A stretch of 64,000 bases of DNA, taken from the IMG/VR virus record IMGVR_UViG_3300049988_000286, positions 1 to 64,000 of that record; one strand, written 5' to 3'. The notes under the pieces were generated by a model. That model was not told where the DNA came from. It worked only from the letters and a program-made list of their open reading frames with translations, and searched no databases. The number at the start of each line of letters is the position of its first letter. Position 1 is the first letter of the stretch. The position numbers and the translations under genes are program-made. Below, in pieces: positions 18,780-27,618 of the stretch. The stretch is from a virus (taxonomy: Duplodnaviria; Caudoviricetes).

Positions 18780-18989
18780 ATGTTCAGCAAGATCGAGATT
18801 ACACGCATCGGAGAGCGCTTCCACGTGCGGTTCGATCGCGTCATCAGCGAGAACCTCACCCAGTATAGCGAGATGCTGCTGTGGCTTCGAGATAATTGTT
18901 CGAACGACTTCAGGATCGTCAACAATACGACGATCGCGCTCTCGACGGAGGAAGACGCCACCCTGCTGGTTTTACGCTGGCAATCCTGA
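18780..18989 (+). CDS. FxxExDA-family protein (array member 1)
   Basis: WLRDNC...STEEDATLLVLRW. Confidence 0.7.
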   Translation: MFSKIEITRIGERFHVRFDRVISENLTQYSEMLLWLRDNCSNDFRIVNNTTIALSTEEDATLLVLRWQS

Positions 18990-19012
18990 CCGACATGTGG
19001 TAGCCGAACTAC

Positions 19013-19243
19013 ATGGACGGATTGATCTTCGGTGAGACCACTGCGGTCAACGGCGGCTGGACGGTCGCTGTCAGCTATGGAGCGGGTCTGCTGTCGATCC
19101 TTCCTCTCGCTAATCCACCCGTGGTGGAAGAGATATCCAATTGGTGCGATGATCGTGGCATTGAGGTCTTCGTCGCCGATTGGCGGCATCTCGGTTTCCC
19201 CACCGAGACCGATGCCATGATGTTCGTGCTCGCCAGTCGATGA
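19013..19243 (+). CDS. FxxExDA-family protein (array member 2)
   Basis: WCDDRG...FPTETDAMMFVLA. Confidence 0.7.
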   Translation: MDGLIFGETTAVNGGWTVAVSYGAGLLSILPLANPPVVEEISNWCDDRGIEVFVADWRHLGFPTETDAMMFVLASR

Positions 19244-19461
19244 AGGCCGCGTTACTATCTGGCTCGGACAACGGTTGGACCGTTCAGTTCATCCGGGATG
19301 CGCCATTGTCGCCTTACAACTTCGATTCGCCGAAAAACTTCAACGCGATAATGGAGTGGTTGGCCGATAATGTGCCGAATGGTCGGTGTCGCGTTGGTTG
19401 GTCGGCGATCTTTTTCGATGATGAAGCCGATGCGCTTATCTGCTACACGGCCTTCCGATGA
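19240..19461 (+). CDS. FxxExDA-family protein (array member 3)
   Basis: WLADNV...FDDEADALICYTAF; ATGA coupling. Confidence 0.7.
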   Translation: MKAALLSGSDNGWTVQFIRDAPLSPYNFDSPKNFNAIMEWLADNVPNGRCRVGWSAIFFDDEADALICYTAFR

Positions 19462-19655
19462 GGCCTCGGATTACTCGTGGCTTCACGGATGAGTATCAGC
19501 GCCACTGGTTCGAGTTTTCTAACTTCATCCCTTTGCTTCCCGTGATGGCGTGGATCGATACCAATCTCCCGCCAGAGAGTTACATCCTCTTCGGCTGTAT
19601 GTTCCAGATCACTGACCCGCATCACGCTACCTTGTTCGAGTTGACTTGGCGATGA
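19458..19655 (+). CDS. FxxExDA-family protein (array member 4)
   Basis: WIDTNL...ITDPHHATLFELTW. Confidence 0.7.
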   Translation: MRPRITRGFTDEYQRHWFEFSNFIPLLPVMAWIDTNLPPESYILFGCMFQITDPHHATLFELTWR

Positions 19656-19858
19656 TGGGACGGATCATCGCCGTTTTTCCGATGCAGACGGGTGAATCGT
19701 GGTTAGTCTGCTGGGACGTGCTGGGCTTTCAGGATTACCTAGAAAGCGTAAAACCTTGGTGCACGGCGAACCTCGAAGATCACGACTACGAGGTCTCGTC
19801 CAGCATCAGGGTCTATAGCGAGGAGGACGCCACGTTGCTGCGATTGAGGTTCGAATGA
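19652..19858 (+). CDS. FxxExDA-family protein (array member 5)
   Basis: WCTANL...VYSEEDATLLRLRF. Confidence 0.7.
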   Translation: MMGRIIAVFPMQTGESWLVCWDVLGFQDYLESVKPWCTANLEDHDYEVSSSIRVYSEEDATLLRLRFE

Positions 19859-20130
19859 CGGAACGCTTCCTCTACTCGGAGACCGGGTTCGTCCCCGCGA
19901 AATTATTTCAGTTCCTGCCCATGGCTACCCGCCACGCCATGCTGGCTAACATCGTCACGGCGCAGAACCTTACTGGATCGGCGACAATGATCGGTGACGA
20001 CATGGTGGGAGCAATCGATCGTTGGTGCGTGACTAATTGCACGGCGAGGTGGTGCTACATGGACAGTTGCATCATGTTCGAGTCGCCGGTGGACAAAGCG
20101 CTCTTCCTCACTGCCCGTCCCCAGACATGA
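19855..20130 (+). CDS. FxxExDA-family protein (array member 6)
   Basis: WCVTNC...FESPVDKALFLTA. Confidence 0.7.
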   Translation: MTERFLYSETGFVPAKLFQFLPMATRHAMLANIVTAQNLTGSATMIGDDMVGAIDRWCVTNCTARWCYMDSCIMFESPVDKALFLTARPQT

Positions 20131-20183
20131 CACCAATTTCCATATTGCGTCTCCTGCCCGCGACCTGATAGCGCATTGTCATC

Positions 20184-20450
20184 ATGGCCACAACAGAGAT
20201 ACACCTACGCGCAACGGAGATGCACTGTGTGCCGCAATGGTGGTCAACAACACCTATCGATCGGTGGGCGGTGTTCTTCGCGATTGAGGAGGAGGGGGGA
20301 ATGGTGTCCGACACCTTCCTCCATACTGGCGCGCGGATGATGATCACTCGCTGGTGTCAGGAGAATTGCTCGGGCCAATATCGGATTGATGATGATTGTG
20401 TCCGCTTCGATCTGGAAGCCGACGCCGTGCTCGCCATGGTGGCGTGGTAA
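20184..20450 (+). CDS. FxxExDA-family protein (array member 7)
   Basis: WCQENC...FDLEADAVLAMVAW. Confidence 0.7.
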   Translation: MATTEIHLRATEMHCVPQWWSTTPIDRWAVFFAIEEEGGMVSDTFLHTGARMMITRWCQENCSGQYRIDDDCVRFDLEADAVLAMVAW

Positions 20451-20469
20451 AAATGCCGGTGGTTCCCCA

Positions 20470-20742
20470 ATGATCTTTGCAACAGAGATACGCGACGGAA
20501 GTCACGATCGCCCGATCTACGCGCGCCGGCACAATCAAGCTTGGATTGTTCCGTTTCGACAGGATGACGGTGACCGTCACTCACAACTCTACCCTCTGAC
20601 CGATAACTATTACGAGAACAAAGCCTTGCTCTACCGATGGATAGAAGAAAACGGTTGTGGTGACCATCACATGTTCAGCGATGCTCTGGGGTTCGAGCAC
20701 GAGGCCGATGCCATGATGTGCTATCTGGCGTGGCGGCGATGA
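20470..20742 (+). CDS. FxxExDA-family protein (array member 8)
   Basis: WIEENG...FEHEADAMMCYLAW. Confidence 0.7.
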   Translation: MIFATEIRDGSHDRPIYARRHNQAWIVPFRQDDGDRHSQLYPLTDNYYENKALLYRWIEENGCGDHHMFSDALGFEHEADAMMCYLAWRR

Positions 20743-20996
20743 GGGATTTTCGCGCAACCGCGAAGATGCGCTTCCCCACGCAACCCGGCGTCATGGGTCA
20801 CTATGTCGTCTTCATTGTCGCGGGACCGGGGGCGATGGAACCCGTCGATCCATTCTCCTTCAAGGACTCCGACCAGACCAAACAAATCCATGATTGGCTC
20901 GCAGACAATGCAGCGGGGACTTACCGCCTTGCGCCGCAGGGTGTGATCTTCGACAACGAGGATGATGCCGTCTTCTGCTTCATGGCGTTTCGATGA
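20739..20996 (+). CDS. FxxExDA-family protein (array member 9)
   Basis: WLADNA...FDNEDDAVFCFMAF. Confidence 0.7.
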   Translation: MRDFRATAKMRFPTQPGVMGHYVVFIVAGPGAMEPVDPFSFKDSDQTKQIHDWLADNAAGTYRLAPQGVIFDNEDDAVFCFMAFR

Positions 20997-21277
20997 GAGC
21001 GCGGCGATGGGGGCGGTACGGCGGATGGATATCCCCAAGCGAACGGTTCCGATGGGAGGTGGAATTCGTCGTCCAGACGGCGGGGGTGAGGATGAACGGC
21101 AGCATCGACTACTACGATGACTACCCCTTCCATCGCAGTGATATGCCGCACTCGAAGACAATCGAGACATGGCTCCGCGATAACATCCCCGCAGACACCT
21201 ACATAGTTCTCAACGACGCTGTGTTGTTTGAACAAGAGGAGGATGCCATCCTGTGCTTCACCGCATTCGCTAAATAG
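20993..21277 (+). CDS. FxxExDA-family protein (array member 10)
   Basis: WLRDNI...FEQEEDAILCFTAF. Confidence 0.7.
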   Translation: MRARRWGRYGGWISPSERFRWEVEFVVQTAGVRMNGSIDYYDDYPFHRSDMPHSKTIETWLRDNIPADTYIVLNDAVLFEQEEDAILCFTAFAK

Positions 21278-21295
21278 TGGAAAGTGGAGAACAGA

Positions 21296-21712
21296 ATGCG
21301 CAAATTGATCGACCTCATTCTCAATGAAGGTGAACTCACCGTCCCGCAGCAACTCGGACAGTGGGCACGCAGTCATGGTGGTCGCGCAATCGACAAACAG
21401 CGTGTCGCCGTAGAGGCGATGGACACGACGCGGTTCCTCGACGGTAGCGCGATCTTCGTCGTCATCACGGTTGCGCGCGACCAGTCGCAGGGCTTCGTGC
21501 TCAATGTCGATCTCGTCCTTGGAATGCGTGACGAAGCCAAGTTGCTCGACTACACCCGCACCGCCCGCCTCGTCGATGGACATAGTTGGGATCGTGCCGA
21601 GAGTGCCGACGAGACGCTACGCTATGCGGAGCAACTTCGCACCACGGTGAAGACCATCGTTGGACGGCAGCGCCTCGATGCCGCCGTGGCGGAATTGCAG
21701 TCGAGGGGCTAA
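21296..21712 (+). CDS. late protein with MRxxIxL N-terminus
   Basis: CTAAATA at 21270, SD GGAG; MRKLIDLILNEG. Confidence 0.65.
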   Translation: MRKLIDLILNEGELTVPQQLGQWARSHGGRAIDKQRVAVEAMDTTRFLDGSAIFVVITVARDQSQGFVLNVDLVLGMRDEAKLLDYTRTARLVDGHSWDRAESADETLRYAEQLRTTVKTIVGRQRLDAAVAELQSRG

Positions 21713-21719
21713 ATAGAGC

Positions 21720-22076
21720 ATGGCCCACGTCGTTGATCTCACGGACTCGGATGGCGATTACGTCATCATCGGAAAGTCGCTCGTCTTCCCTCATTCGAGC
21801 ACCGATAGCGCACCCAATCCCTTCACTGCGGCAGCGCGCTACAATCCCGCTACCGAGTCGGGTCAGTTCTACATCAACGGCGTCTGGGTAGATTTTGCCC
21901 GCCGTCGCCTCTACCTTGTCGCCGAGCTACCCGCCGGTGCGCCAACGGGAACGACCGCTTTTGCCACCAACGGTCGCAAGGTTGGTCAGGGAGCGGGATC
22001 GGGGACCGGTGTTCCCGTCTACAAAGACTCAACGGGATGGCGCAGATACAGCGACGATACGATCGTCGCCGCCTGA
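21720..22076 (+). CDS. probable virion (tail or decoration) protein
   Basis: CTAAATA-N4-ATG; LYLVAELPAG...GTGVPVYKDSTGWRR resembles tail-fibre repeat modules. Confidence 0.6.
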   Translation: MAHVVDLTDSDGDYVIIGKSLVFPHSSTDSAPNPFTAAARYNPATESGQFYINGVWVDFARRRLYLVAELPAGAPTGTTAFATNGRKVGQGAGSGTGVPVYKDSTGWRRYSDDTIVAA

Positions 22077-22445
22077 TCAGTACAAGGGGTTCGAGGCAAG
22101 GTGCTCCGCGCACTGCTGCACCTCTTCGAGCCACTCCTCCATCGTAGCGGCAGCGACTTCGGAGAAGGTGTCGCCATAACTGCCATAGACGCTATAGCCA
22201 GCCGAGAGACTGAAGAGATCGCCATCGCGAACAAACAGATAGGTGTCGCCCTGCTCCTCGTAGGTGCTCCAACTAACATGTCCGATTAGACGATAGGGAT
22301 CGAGGGCGGCAGCACCATAGGTGTCGCACAGATCATTGCACACACTGGTCCGAGCATTGTCGTCAGCGAAACCACCGACGCTCTCCGCGTCAGACCAGCC
22401 CTCGACGAGAATGATGCGTGCTTCCTCGGGTGCAAACTGACTCAC
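22077..22445 (-). CDS. hypothetical protein
   Basis: Downstream of minus-strand TTGACA/TATAGC promoter. Confidence 0.6.
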   Translation of the reverse strand: MSQFAPEEARIILVEGWSDAESVGGFADDNARTSVCNDLCDTYGAAALDPYRLIGHVSWSTYEEQGDTYLFVRDGDLFSLSAGYSVYGSYGDTFSEVAAATMEEWLEEVQQCAEHLASNPLY

Positions 22446-22500
22446 GGGCTTCTCCTATCGTTGCTATAAACGATTAGGAGAGATTGTCAACCCATGTGGT

Positions 22501-22683
22501 TCATCGACGAGGCTCCTTGTCGAGTTTATGCGCGGTGTCGAAGTCCCCAACAAGGGCAGCGTCGGCGGCTTCCTTCGACCGCCACGGACCGGACCCGAGT
22601 TGGCCCTCTTCTTGAATGGCGAACCAGCCGCCGCGAAAGAGCAATGATTGTGGATAATCGCTCACACCCTCGTCTCCGTTCAT
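22501..22683 (-). CDS. hypothetical protein
   Basis: Coupled small ORF. Confidence 0.45.
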   Translation of the reverse strand: MNGDEGVSDYPQSLLFRGGWFAIQEEGQLGSGPWRSKEAADAALVGDFDTAHKLDKEPRR

Positions 22684-23786
22684 GCCGCCACATCGATGGA
22701 TTCAACGCCGAACACCGTATAGGCGTCGAGCATGTTGTCGCGCCGCAGTCGCGGGAACATGGTCATCAGACTCTCCCCCGCAGCTTGCATCGCGGCGGGA
22801 TCATTACCCTGAAACAGCGCAAGCTGTTCGTCCGCCCGCTGCTTTGCCGCCATCGCGGCTGCACGCGTGGGGTAGAGCATCAAGGGCCATCCGCCGCTAT
22901 GCCCCTCGCGCTCACCGTTCTCGAAATCCGTCACGACCATGTACTGCACCGTCGCGGCCGGGGAAGGCACAGGCTGGAACGTGTTGAGTGCTCGCCAAAC
23001 TTCACGCCGTGCCGCCAGATCAACGGGGCGAAGATCGAGCGCGTCGAAGATGGCGAGGATGCGCGCTCCCCCTTCCATCAGCGCCGTGGGTGCCCAGCGC
23101 CGCATCTGCTCCGCGTAGGGGAGGAGGCGATCGGGGTCGTCGAACCGCTGCGCGCCGCGTAGGTAGAACGAGTTGTAGGGGCTATCACTCTGATATACGC
23201 TGTTTGCCATCCGCGTCGAACATTCCTGAAGCTGTTCCTGCGTCATCCGGAAGTGATAGGAGATGCGCGTCGAATTGCCGGGCTGGTTCCGCTGCCACGC
23301 CGTCACCAGCGCGTGAAGGACTTCGATCTCATCGACGGACAATCCCCGAACGTCGAAGGCCCGCTCTGCCGCCGACGACTTCTCACCATGGACGAGCCAG
23401 TCATAATAACCACGATCATTGGCCCACTTCCACGCAGGGATACTGGACGACGAATGGCTGAACTCGACTTCGAAGACCGACTTGTCCGCACGATCATAGA
23501 CGACCTGAAGTGTCGCGCGCCGCTCTCCAATGGGGCCTGATGGCGCGGCATCGAGATTGACCCGCCTGATTTCGCCCTTGGACAGCCGACGATAGGGCTC
23601 GTCAAACCCGCTGGTATCGTTGCCGCTTTGACGACAACCCGCGAGCAGGGGCCACGCCTTTACATCGGCGAGGGTGAGATTGGGGCCATTGTCGATCTCG
23701 ACTGTGGAAAGCGCCTCCACGCGGGCGATGATGCGGTCGAGACCTTGGTAGACGACGGTTTCATTCATGGCTGGCTCCTTGATCAT
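22680..23786 (-). CDS. hypothetical protein
   Basis: 368 aa ORF, SD GGAGA. Confidence 0.6.
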   Translation of the reverse strand: MIKEPAMNETVVYQGLDRIIARVEALSTVEIDNGPNLTLADVKAWPLLAGCRQSGNDTSGFDEPYRRLSKGEIRRVNLDAAPSGPIGERRATLQVVYDRADKSVFEVEFSHSSSSIPAWKWANDRGYYDWLVHGEKSSAAERAFDVRGLSVDEIEVLHALVTAWQRNQPGNSTRISYHFRMTQEQLQECSTRMANSVYQSDSPYNSFYLRGAQRFDDPDRLLPYAEQMRRWAPTALMEGGARILAIFDALDLRPVDLAARREVWRALNTFQPVPSPAATVQYMVVTDFENGEREGHSGGWPLMLYPTRAAAMAAKQRADEQLALFQGNDPAAMQAAGESLMTMFPRLRRDNMLDAYTVFGVESIDVAA

Positions 23787-23852
23787 CTCCCTATCGTCGA
23801 ACTATTGACACCGCAATGGCTTTGTTCAACAGAGCCGCGATGGAGAACGCCC

Positions 23853-25130
23853 GTGCTTGATGTGAAAATGATCCGCGACAACCCCGAAGCCGTCGAGGCG
23901 AATCTCCGCCGCCGCGATGATCCCGAGACGATGATCAAACGGTTTCACGCCGACGCGGTGTTGGCGCTCAAGGCTCAACAGCGCGCACAAGACGCCCTTA
24001 CCGCCAAGAACGAGAATGCCGCCCAGATCGGACGCACCAAATCGAAGGGTGGTGATGTCTCTGTTCTTCTCGAAGAAGCCGCACGGCTGACGCAAGAGTG
24101 CGACGAGGCAACGCGCTTGAGCGACCTCTACGCGCGCACTCTCCACGAGCAAACGGCGCGCCTCCCCAACCTCCTCGCCGATGATGTCCCCGATGGCAGG
24201 GACGAGACCGACAATGTGGTGGAGCACGTCCATGGTGGAACCCCAGAGCCGAACGGCATGGGGGACAAGCAGCACTTCGAGATCGGCGAGCGCCTCGGTA
24301 TGGACTTCGAAGCCGGTGTTCGCTTGTCGGGATCGCGTTTCACCGTTCTCCGGGACGGGATGGCGAGAATGGCGCGAGCACTCGGACAGTACATGCTTGA
24401 TCAGCATCTCGATCATCACGGCTACCGCGAGGTCGCGCCGCCAGTGTTGGTCAAGGCCCCCGCCCTGTTCGGCACCGGCCAGTTTCCGAAATTCGCCGAT
24501 GATGTCTTCCCAGCCGGTCCTGACCATTTCCTTGCGCCGACCTCGGAGGTGATGCTCACCAATCTGGTCGCGGGTGAGATGCTCGATCCCGCCGATCTCC
24601 CTCTGCGCTTCGCCGCGCTCACCGACTGTTTCCGCCTCGAAGCCGGATCGTCAGGTCGAGACACGCGCGGCCTTATCCGCCAGCATCAGTTCCAGAAGGT
24701 GGAACTCGTCTCGATCGTGGAGCCGGATCGCTCGGAGGAAGAGCATCAGCGTATCGTCCGGTGCGCCGAAACGATCCTGATCAATCTCGGCCTATCGTTC
24801 CGACGTACCCTCCTATGTGCGGGGGATACCGGTTTCTCGGCTGCAAAGACCTATGATCTCGAAGTCTGGATGGCGGGTGCGAAGACCTACCGGGAAATCT
24901 CCTCGGTGAGCAACTGTCGCGATTTTCAGGCACGCCGGATGGGCACCCGGATCAAGCTGGACAAAAAGACCAAGGTGCTCGCCCATACCCTGAACGGCTC
25001 CGGGGTGGCAGTCGGACGAGCACTCGCCGCCGTGGTGGAGCAATACCAAGATGGCGACGATCGGGTGATCATCCCCGAGGTGTTGCGCCCCTACATGGGA
25101 CACACCGAGGCGATCACCGCCACACAGTGA
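23853..25130 (+). CDS. serS: seryl-tRNA synthetase
   Basis: GTG start (M)LDVKMIRDNP with SD GGAG; coiled-coil arm; PTSEV; motif 2 FRLEAGSSGRDTRGLIRQHQF; motif 3 TLNGSGVAVGR. Confidence 0.95.
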   Translation: MLDVKMIRDNPEAVEANLRRRDDPETMIKRFHADAVLALKAQQRAQDALTAKNENAAQIGRTKSKGGDVSVLLEEAARLTQECDEATRLSDLYARTLHEQTARLPNLLADDVPDGRDETDNVVEHVHGGTPEPNGMGDKQHFEIGERLGMDFEAGVRLSGSRFTVLRDGMARMARALGQYMLDQHLDHHGYREVAPPVLVKAPALFGTGQFPKFADDVFPAGPDHFLAPTSEVMLTNLVAGEMLDPADLPLRFAALTDCFRLEAGSSGRDTRGLIRQHQFQKVELVSIVEPDRSEEEHQRIVRCAETILINLGLSFRRTLLCAGDTGFSAAKTYDLEVWMAGAKTYREISSVSNCRDFQARRMGTRIKLDKKTKVLAHTLNGSGVAVGRALAAVVEQYQDGDDRVIIPEVLRPYMGHTEAITATQ

Positions 25131-25135
25131 GAAAA

Positions 25136-25163
25136 GCGCCCGGCTCACTACCGGGCGTTTTTT
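25136..25163 (+). terminator. intrinsic terminator after serS
   Basis: GCGCCCGG-ctcacta-CCGGGCGT then T-run. Confidence 0.85.
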
Positions 25164-25167
25164 ATTG

Positions 25168-25199
25168 TTGACATCCGAAACACCCCTCCGGTATAAATA
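25168..25199 (+). promoter_or_regulatory. promoter of tRNA array
   Basis: TTGACA-18-TATAAA, overlapping TATAAATA. Confidence 0.75.
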
Positions 25200-25424
25200 A
25201 AAACATGAACACGAACACCACCTTTGTCGCCGGTCGAGGCGTCGTAGCAAATCGAGCCAATCGCGGCTAAATTTGGGTGCTCTGGTGCGCCCGAAAGCGG
25301 GCAGCACGAAAAGCTTACACCTGACGGTCGTAAGCAGATTCTCTTCCCACCTTCGGTCCACCTACATCGAGACGCTCTCGCACAAGAGCGTTGCGTGACT
25401 ATGGTGCCGTGTGGGTCTCCCACA

Positions 25425-25440
25425 TGTCTTTGACATTGTT
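25425..25440 (+). promoter_or_regulatory. boxA-like antitermination element in tRNA-array leader
   Basis: TGTCTTTGACATTGTT resembles rrn boxA. Confidence 0.5.
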
Positions 25441-25686
25441 GGTGAACGAATAGAAGTCGATGGTGTCGATCGCAGGGCAAGTCTTGTCCGCGATCGGCGC
25501 AATCGAAGAAAGATATTGCCATGACCTCCAAGTCGTGGCAATGTCTAGCAACTAACCCAGTATCGCCCTCTGATTACTCCGGAGCACGATCGAAAACAGC
25601 TATAAGTCCCTCGGGATGGGTTGCAGTGAAGCGTCGGGGCACGATTATCACAAGATGGTCGTGCCCCGATACTTGACGAGTTTGGT

Positions 25687-25772
25687 CGCGGGGTAGAGGA
25701 GTCCGGTTATCTCGGTCGGTTCATACCCGACGCTGGCGAAAGCCTACGATGGTTCAAATCCATCCTCCGCAA
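25687..25772 (+). tRNA. tRNA-Met(CAT), initiator-like, long variable arm
   Basis: CGCGGGG acceptor with C1:A72 mismatch; GTCGG-TTCATAC-CCGAC; variable hairpin GGC-GAAA-GCC; T-arm GATGG-TTCAAAT-CCATC. Confidence 0.85.
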
Positions 25773-25860
25773 CCCAACTCGTCAAGAACATCTGCGCGGC
25801 TCGCCACGCGTAGTAGAGACGGTCCGTCCGAGACGGGTGCGCGGTCTCTTCGAAACGAAC

Positions 25861-25938
25861 GCGGGTGGCTGCACAAGGGGCGTGCAACAGCCTTCCAAGC
25901 TGATCCGTAAGGGCGGAGTTCGACTCTCCCCATCCGCT
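25861..25938 (+). tRNA. tRNA-Gly(TCC), extended variable region
   Basis: GCGGGTG/CATCCGC acceptor; CAGC-CTTCCAA-GCTG; TTCGACT T-loop. Confidence 0.8.
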
Positions 25939-25981
25939 CGTTTCCCCAGCGACCAAGGTCGCTCCGAAGAACCCCTATGAT

Positions 25982-26057
25982 GCGTCTGTAGCTCAATCAG
26001 GAGAGCGCCGCGTTGACATCGTGGAGGCAGGGAGGGCAGAACTCTCCAGACGCACCA
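25982..26057 (+). tRNA. tRNA-Val(GAC), atypical T-loop
   Basis: GCGTCTG/CAGACGC-A-CCA; CCGCG-TTGACAT-CGTGG; T-loop GGCAGAA. Confidence 0.85.
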
Positions 26058-26071
26058 TAAGTGTTCTTCAC

Positions 26072-26142
26072 GCGGGTAAAGCATTAAGGTGATGCGCAAC
26101 TTTGCCGAAGTTGAGATGAGGATTCGAGTTCCTCTATCCGCT
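26072..26142 (+). tRNA. tRNA-Gly(GCC)
   Basis: GCGGGTA/TATCCGC; CAACT-TTGCCGA-AGTTG. Confidence 0.85.
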
Positions 26143-26188
26143 CCGTATAATAATGAATTGATTTCTGGCGTGTATTATCATCGCTGGT

Positions 26189-26929
26189 ATGGAATATACT
26201 TGTTCATGTTGTCTTGAGCCACGCGCTTACTTGACAAAACGGGCGTTACGAAAGCATCAAGCGAAGTATGATCCGACCTATATCTTTGGCGGCGAGAACA
26301 GCAGGAACGCTTGTTTCACTGCTCGGCAGGTAGCTTACGAGGCAAACCCGCGCAGATGTCAAGTATGTCAGGTGGCCTTAGACTTCGATCGATTTCTTCA
26401 TAACAAAAGAATTCGGTTCTGCTCAAGAAGCTGCTCCGCGACGGGGAATAATAATCGCCGTGGAACCGGCTCGGTTAAAGATGTAACATGTCTAAATTGC
26501 GGTGTGGAATTTAGACAGGGACATCGTGATCAATTCTGTTGCAGCAAAACTTGTGCTGGCCAGTATCAACGCCGTGCAACTGTCATAGAATGGCTTGCAG
26601 GTGGCTCGGGTAGTGAGCCCAAAACTGGTGTGCTAAAAAAATCGATCAGATTATATCTGATCGAGGAGGCAGAACGTAGGTGCAGTGGTTGTGGTTGGTC
26701 GGAAGTAAATCCCGTTACAGGTAACATCCCGCTACAGATAGATCACATCGATGGGAATAGTTTGAACAACGCGCAAAGCAATCTTCGAGTGCTTTGTCCT
26801 AATTGCCATAGTTTGACACCTACCTACGGAGCGTTGAACATCGGTAGTGGAAGGCAACACCGAAGAGAGAAACGGCGTTTAACGATATGCGGCAGTATTC
26901 CCCGTGGTTCCGATCCACGAGAAAGATAA
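26189..26929 (+). CDS. HNH homing endonuclease with Zn-finger repeats
   Basis: FCSRSCS and CCSKTC repeats; LQIDHIDGNSLNNAQSNLRVLCPNCH; AT-rich insertion in tRNA array. Confidence 0.9.
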   Translation: MEYTCSCCLEPRAYLTKRALRKHQAKYDPTYIFGGENSRNACFTARQVAYEANPRRCQVCQVALDFDRFLHNKRIRFCSRSCSATGNNNRRGTGSVKDVTCLNCGVEFRQGHRDQFCCSKTCAGQYQRRATVIEWLAGGSGSEPKTGVLKKSIRLYLIEEAERRCSGCGWSEVNPVTGNIPLQIDHIDGNSLNNAQSNLRVLCPNCHSLTPTYGALNIGSGRQHRREKRRLTICGSIPRGSDPRER

Positions 26930-26979
26930 CTGGAATGAGATCACTTCAAATGCAGGTTCGAGTCCTGTCTGTCGCTCCA
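26889..26979 (+). ncRNA. tRNA-like RNA without canonical D and anticodon arms
   Basis: GCGGCAG/CTGTCGC-T-CCA acceptor and GCAGG-TTCGAGT-CCTGT T-arm enclose a non-cloverleaf 56 nt interior. Confidence 0.65.
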
Positions 26980-26982
26980 TGC

Positions 26983-27073
26983 GCGCCCGTAGCTCAACTG
27001 GATAGAGCACTGGACTACGAATCCAGAGGGTGACTTCGGTCCGTTGTAGGTTCGACTCCTACCGGGCGCGCCA
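26983..27073 (+). tRNA. tRNA-Arg(ACG), long variable arm
   Basis: GCGCCCG/CGGGCGC-G-CCA; CTGGA-CTACGAA-TCCAG; variable hairpin GAC-TTCG-GTC. Confidence 0.9.
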
Positions 27074-27081
27074 ATAAATAC

Positions 27082-27158
27082 GCTCTCGTAGCTCAACTGA
27101 ATAGAGTATCGGACTACGAATCCGAGGGTTGCAGGTTTGACTCCTGCCGAGAGCGCCA
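27082..27158 (+). tRNA. tRNA-Arg(ACG), second copy, short variable loop
   Basis: GCTCTCG/CGAGAGC-G-CCA; TCGGA-CTACGAA-TCCGA. Confidence 0.9.
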
Positions 27159-27200
27159 CTTAATATTGTCCCTGTGTTGACTTTCAGTTAACTTGGGGGC

Positions 27201-27530
27201 ATGGATAACAACACCAGAAAGGCCGCTGTCATCGCGGCACTATCAGAAGGGCTCGACGCCCAGTATTGCGCAGCCTTTGAGGCTGGCTGTCATGAACTGT
27301 TGGACTACACACCCAACAACCTCGATCAGGCAAACTTCCTCAAGCTGTCTCTGCCGATCTATACTCGGGTGGTCCGACTTCATCCGGAAAGGGTCACGGA
27401 AGCCGCCAGCGTCGCGAAGTTTGTCGATCAGGATTCGGTCGAGATCGTGAAGAACCGTCCCGAAGACAATTGGGTGGACAAAGAGGCAGAGTATTGCGCA
27501 GTGCTGGCTGATCGATATCTGCGAGGATAA
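27201..27530 (+). CDS. hypothetical protein
   Basis: SD GGGGG, 109 aa between tRNAs. Confidence 0.65.
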   Translation: MDNNTRKAAVIAALSEGLDAQYCAAFEAGCHELLDYTPNNLDQANFLKLSLPIYTRVVRLHPERVTEAASVAKFVDQDSVEIVKNRPEDNWVDKEAEYCAVLADRYLRG

Positions 27531-27541
27531 GAAGCGTTAAT

Positions 27542-27618
27542 GGGCGGCGGGTCAGCTTGGTGAAGACGACTCCTTTACACGGAGTAGATGTGGGGTTCGA
27601 AACCCTAGCCGCCTACCA
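27542..27618 (+). tRNA. tRNA-Val(TAC)
   Basis: GGGCGGC/GCCGCCT-A-CCA; ACTCC-TTTACAC-GGAGT. Confidence 0.85.

Noticed and set aside
23628-23852. 75 aa N-terminal extension of SerRS in the ORF track
   Set aside because: It overlaps the antisense gene 22680-23786. The SD-led GTG at 23853 gives the normal SerRS N-terminus.
25795-25860. Possible extra tRNA between Met and Gly
   Set aside because: Nested GAGAC/GTCTC hairpin only; no T-arm or cloverleaf.
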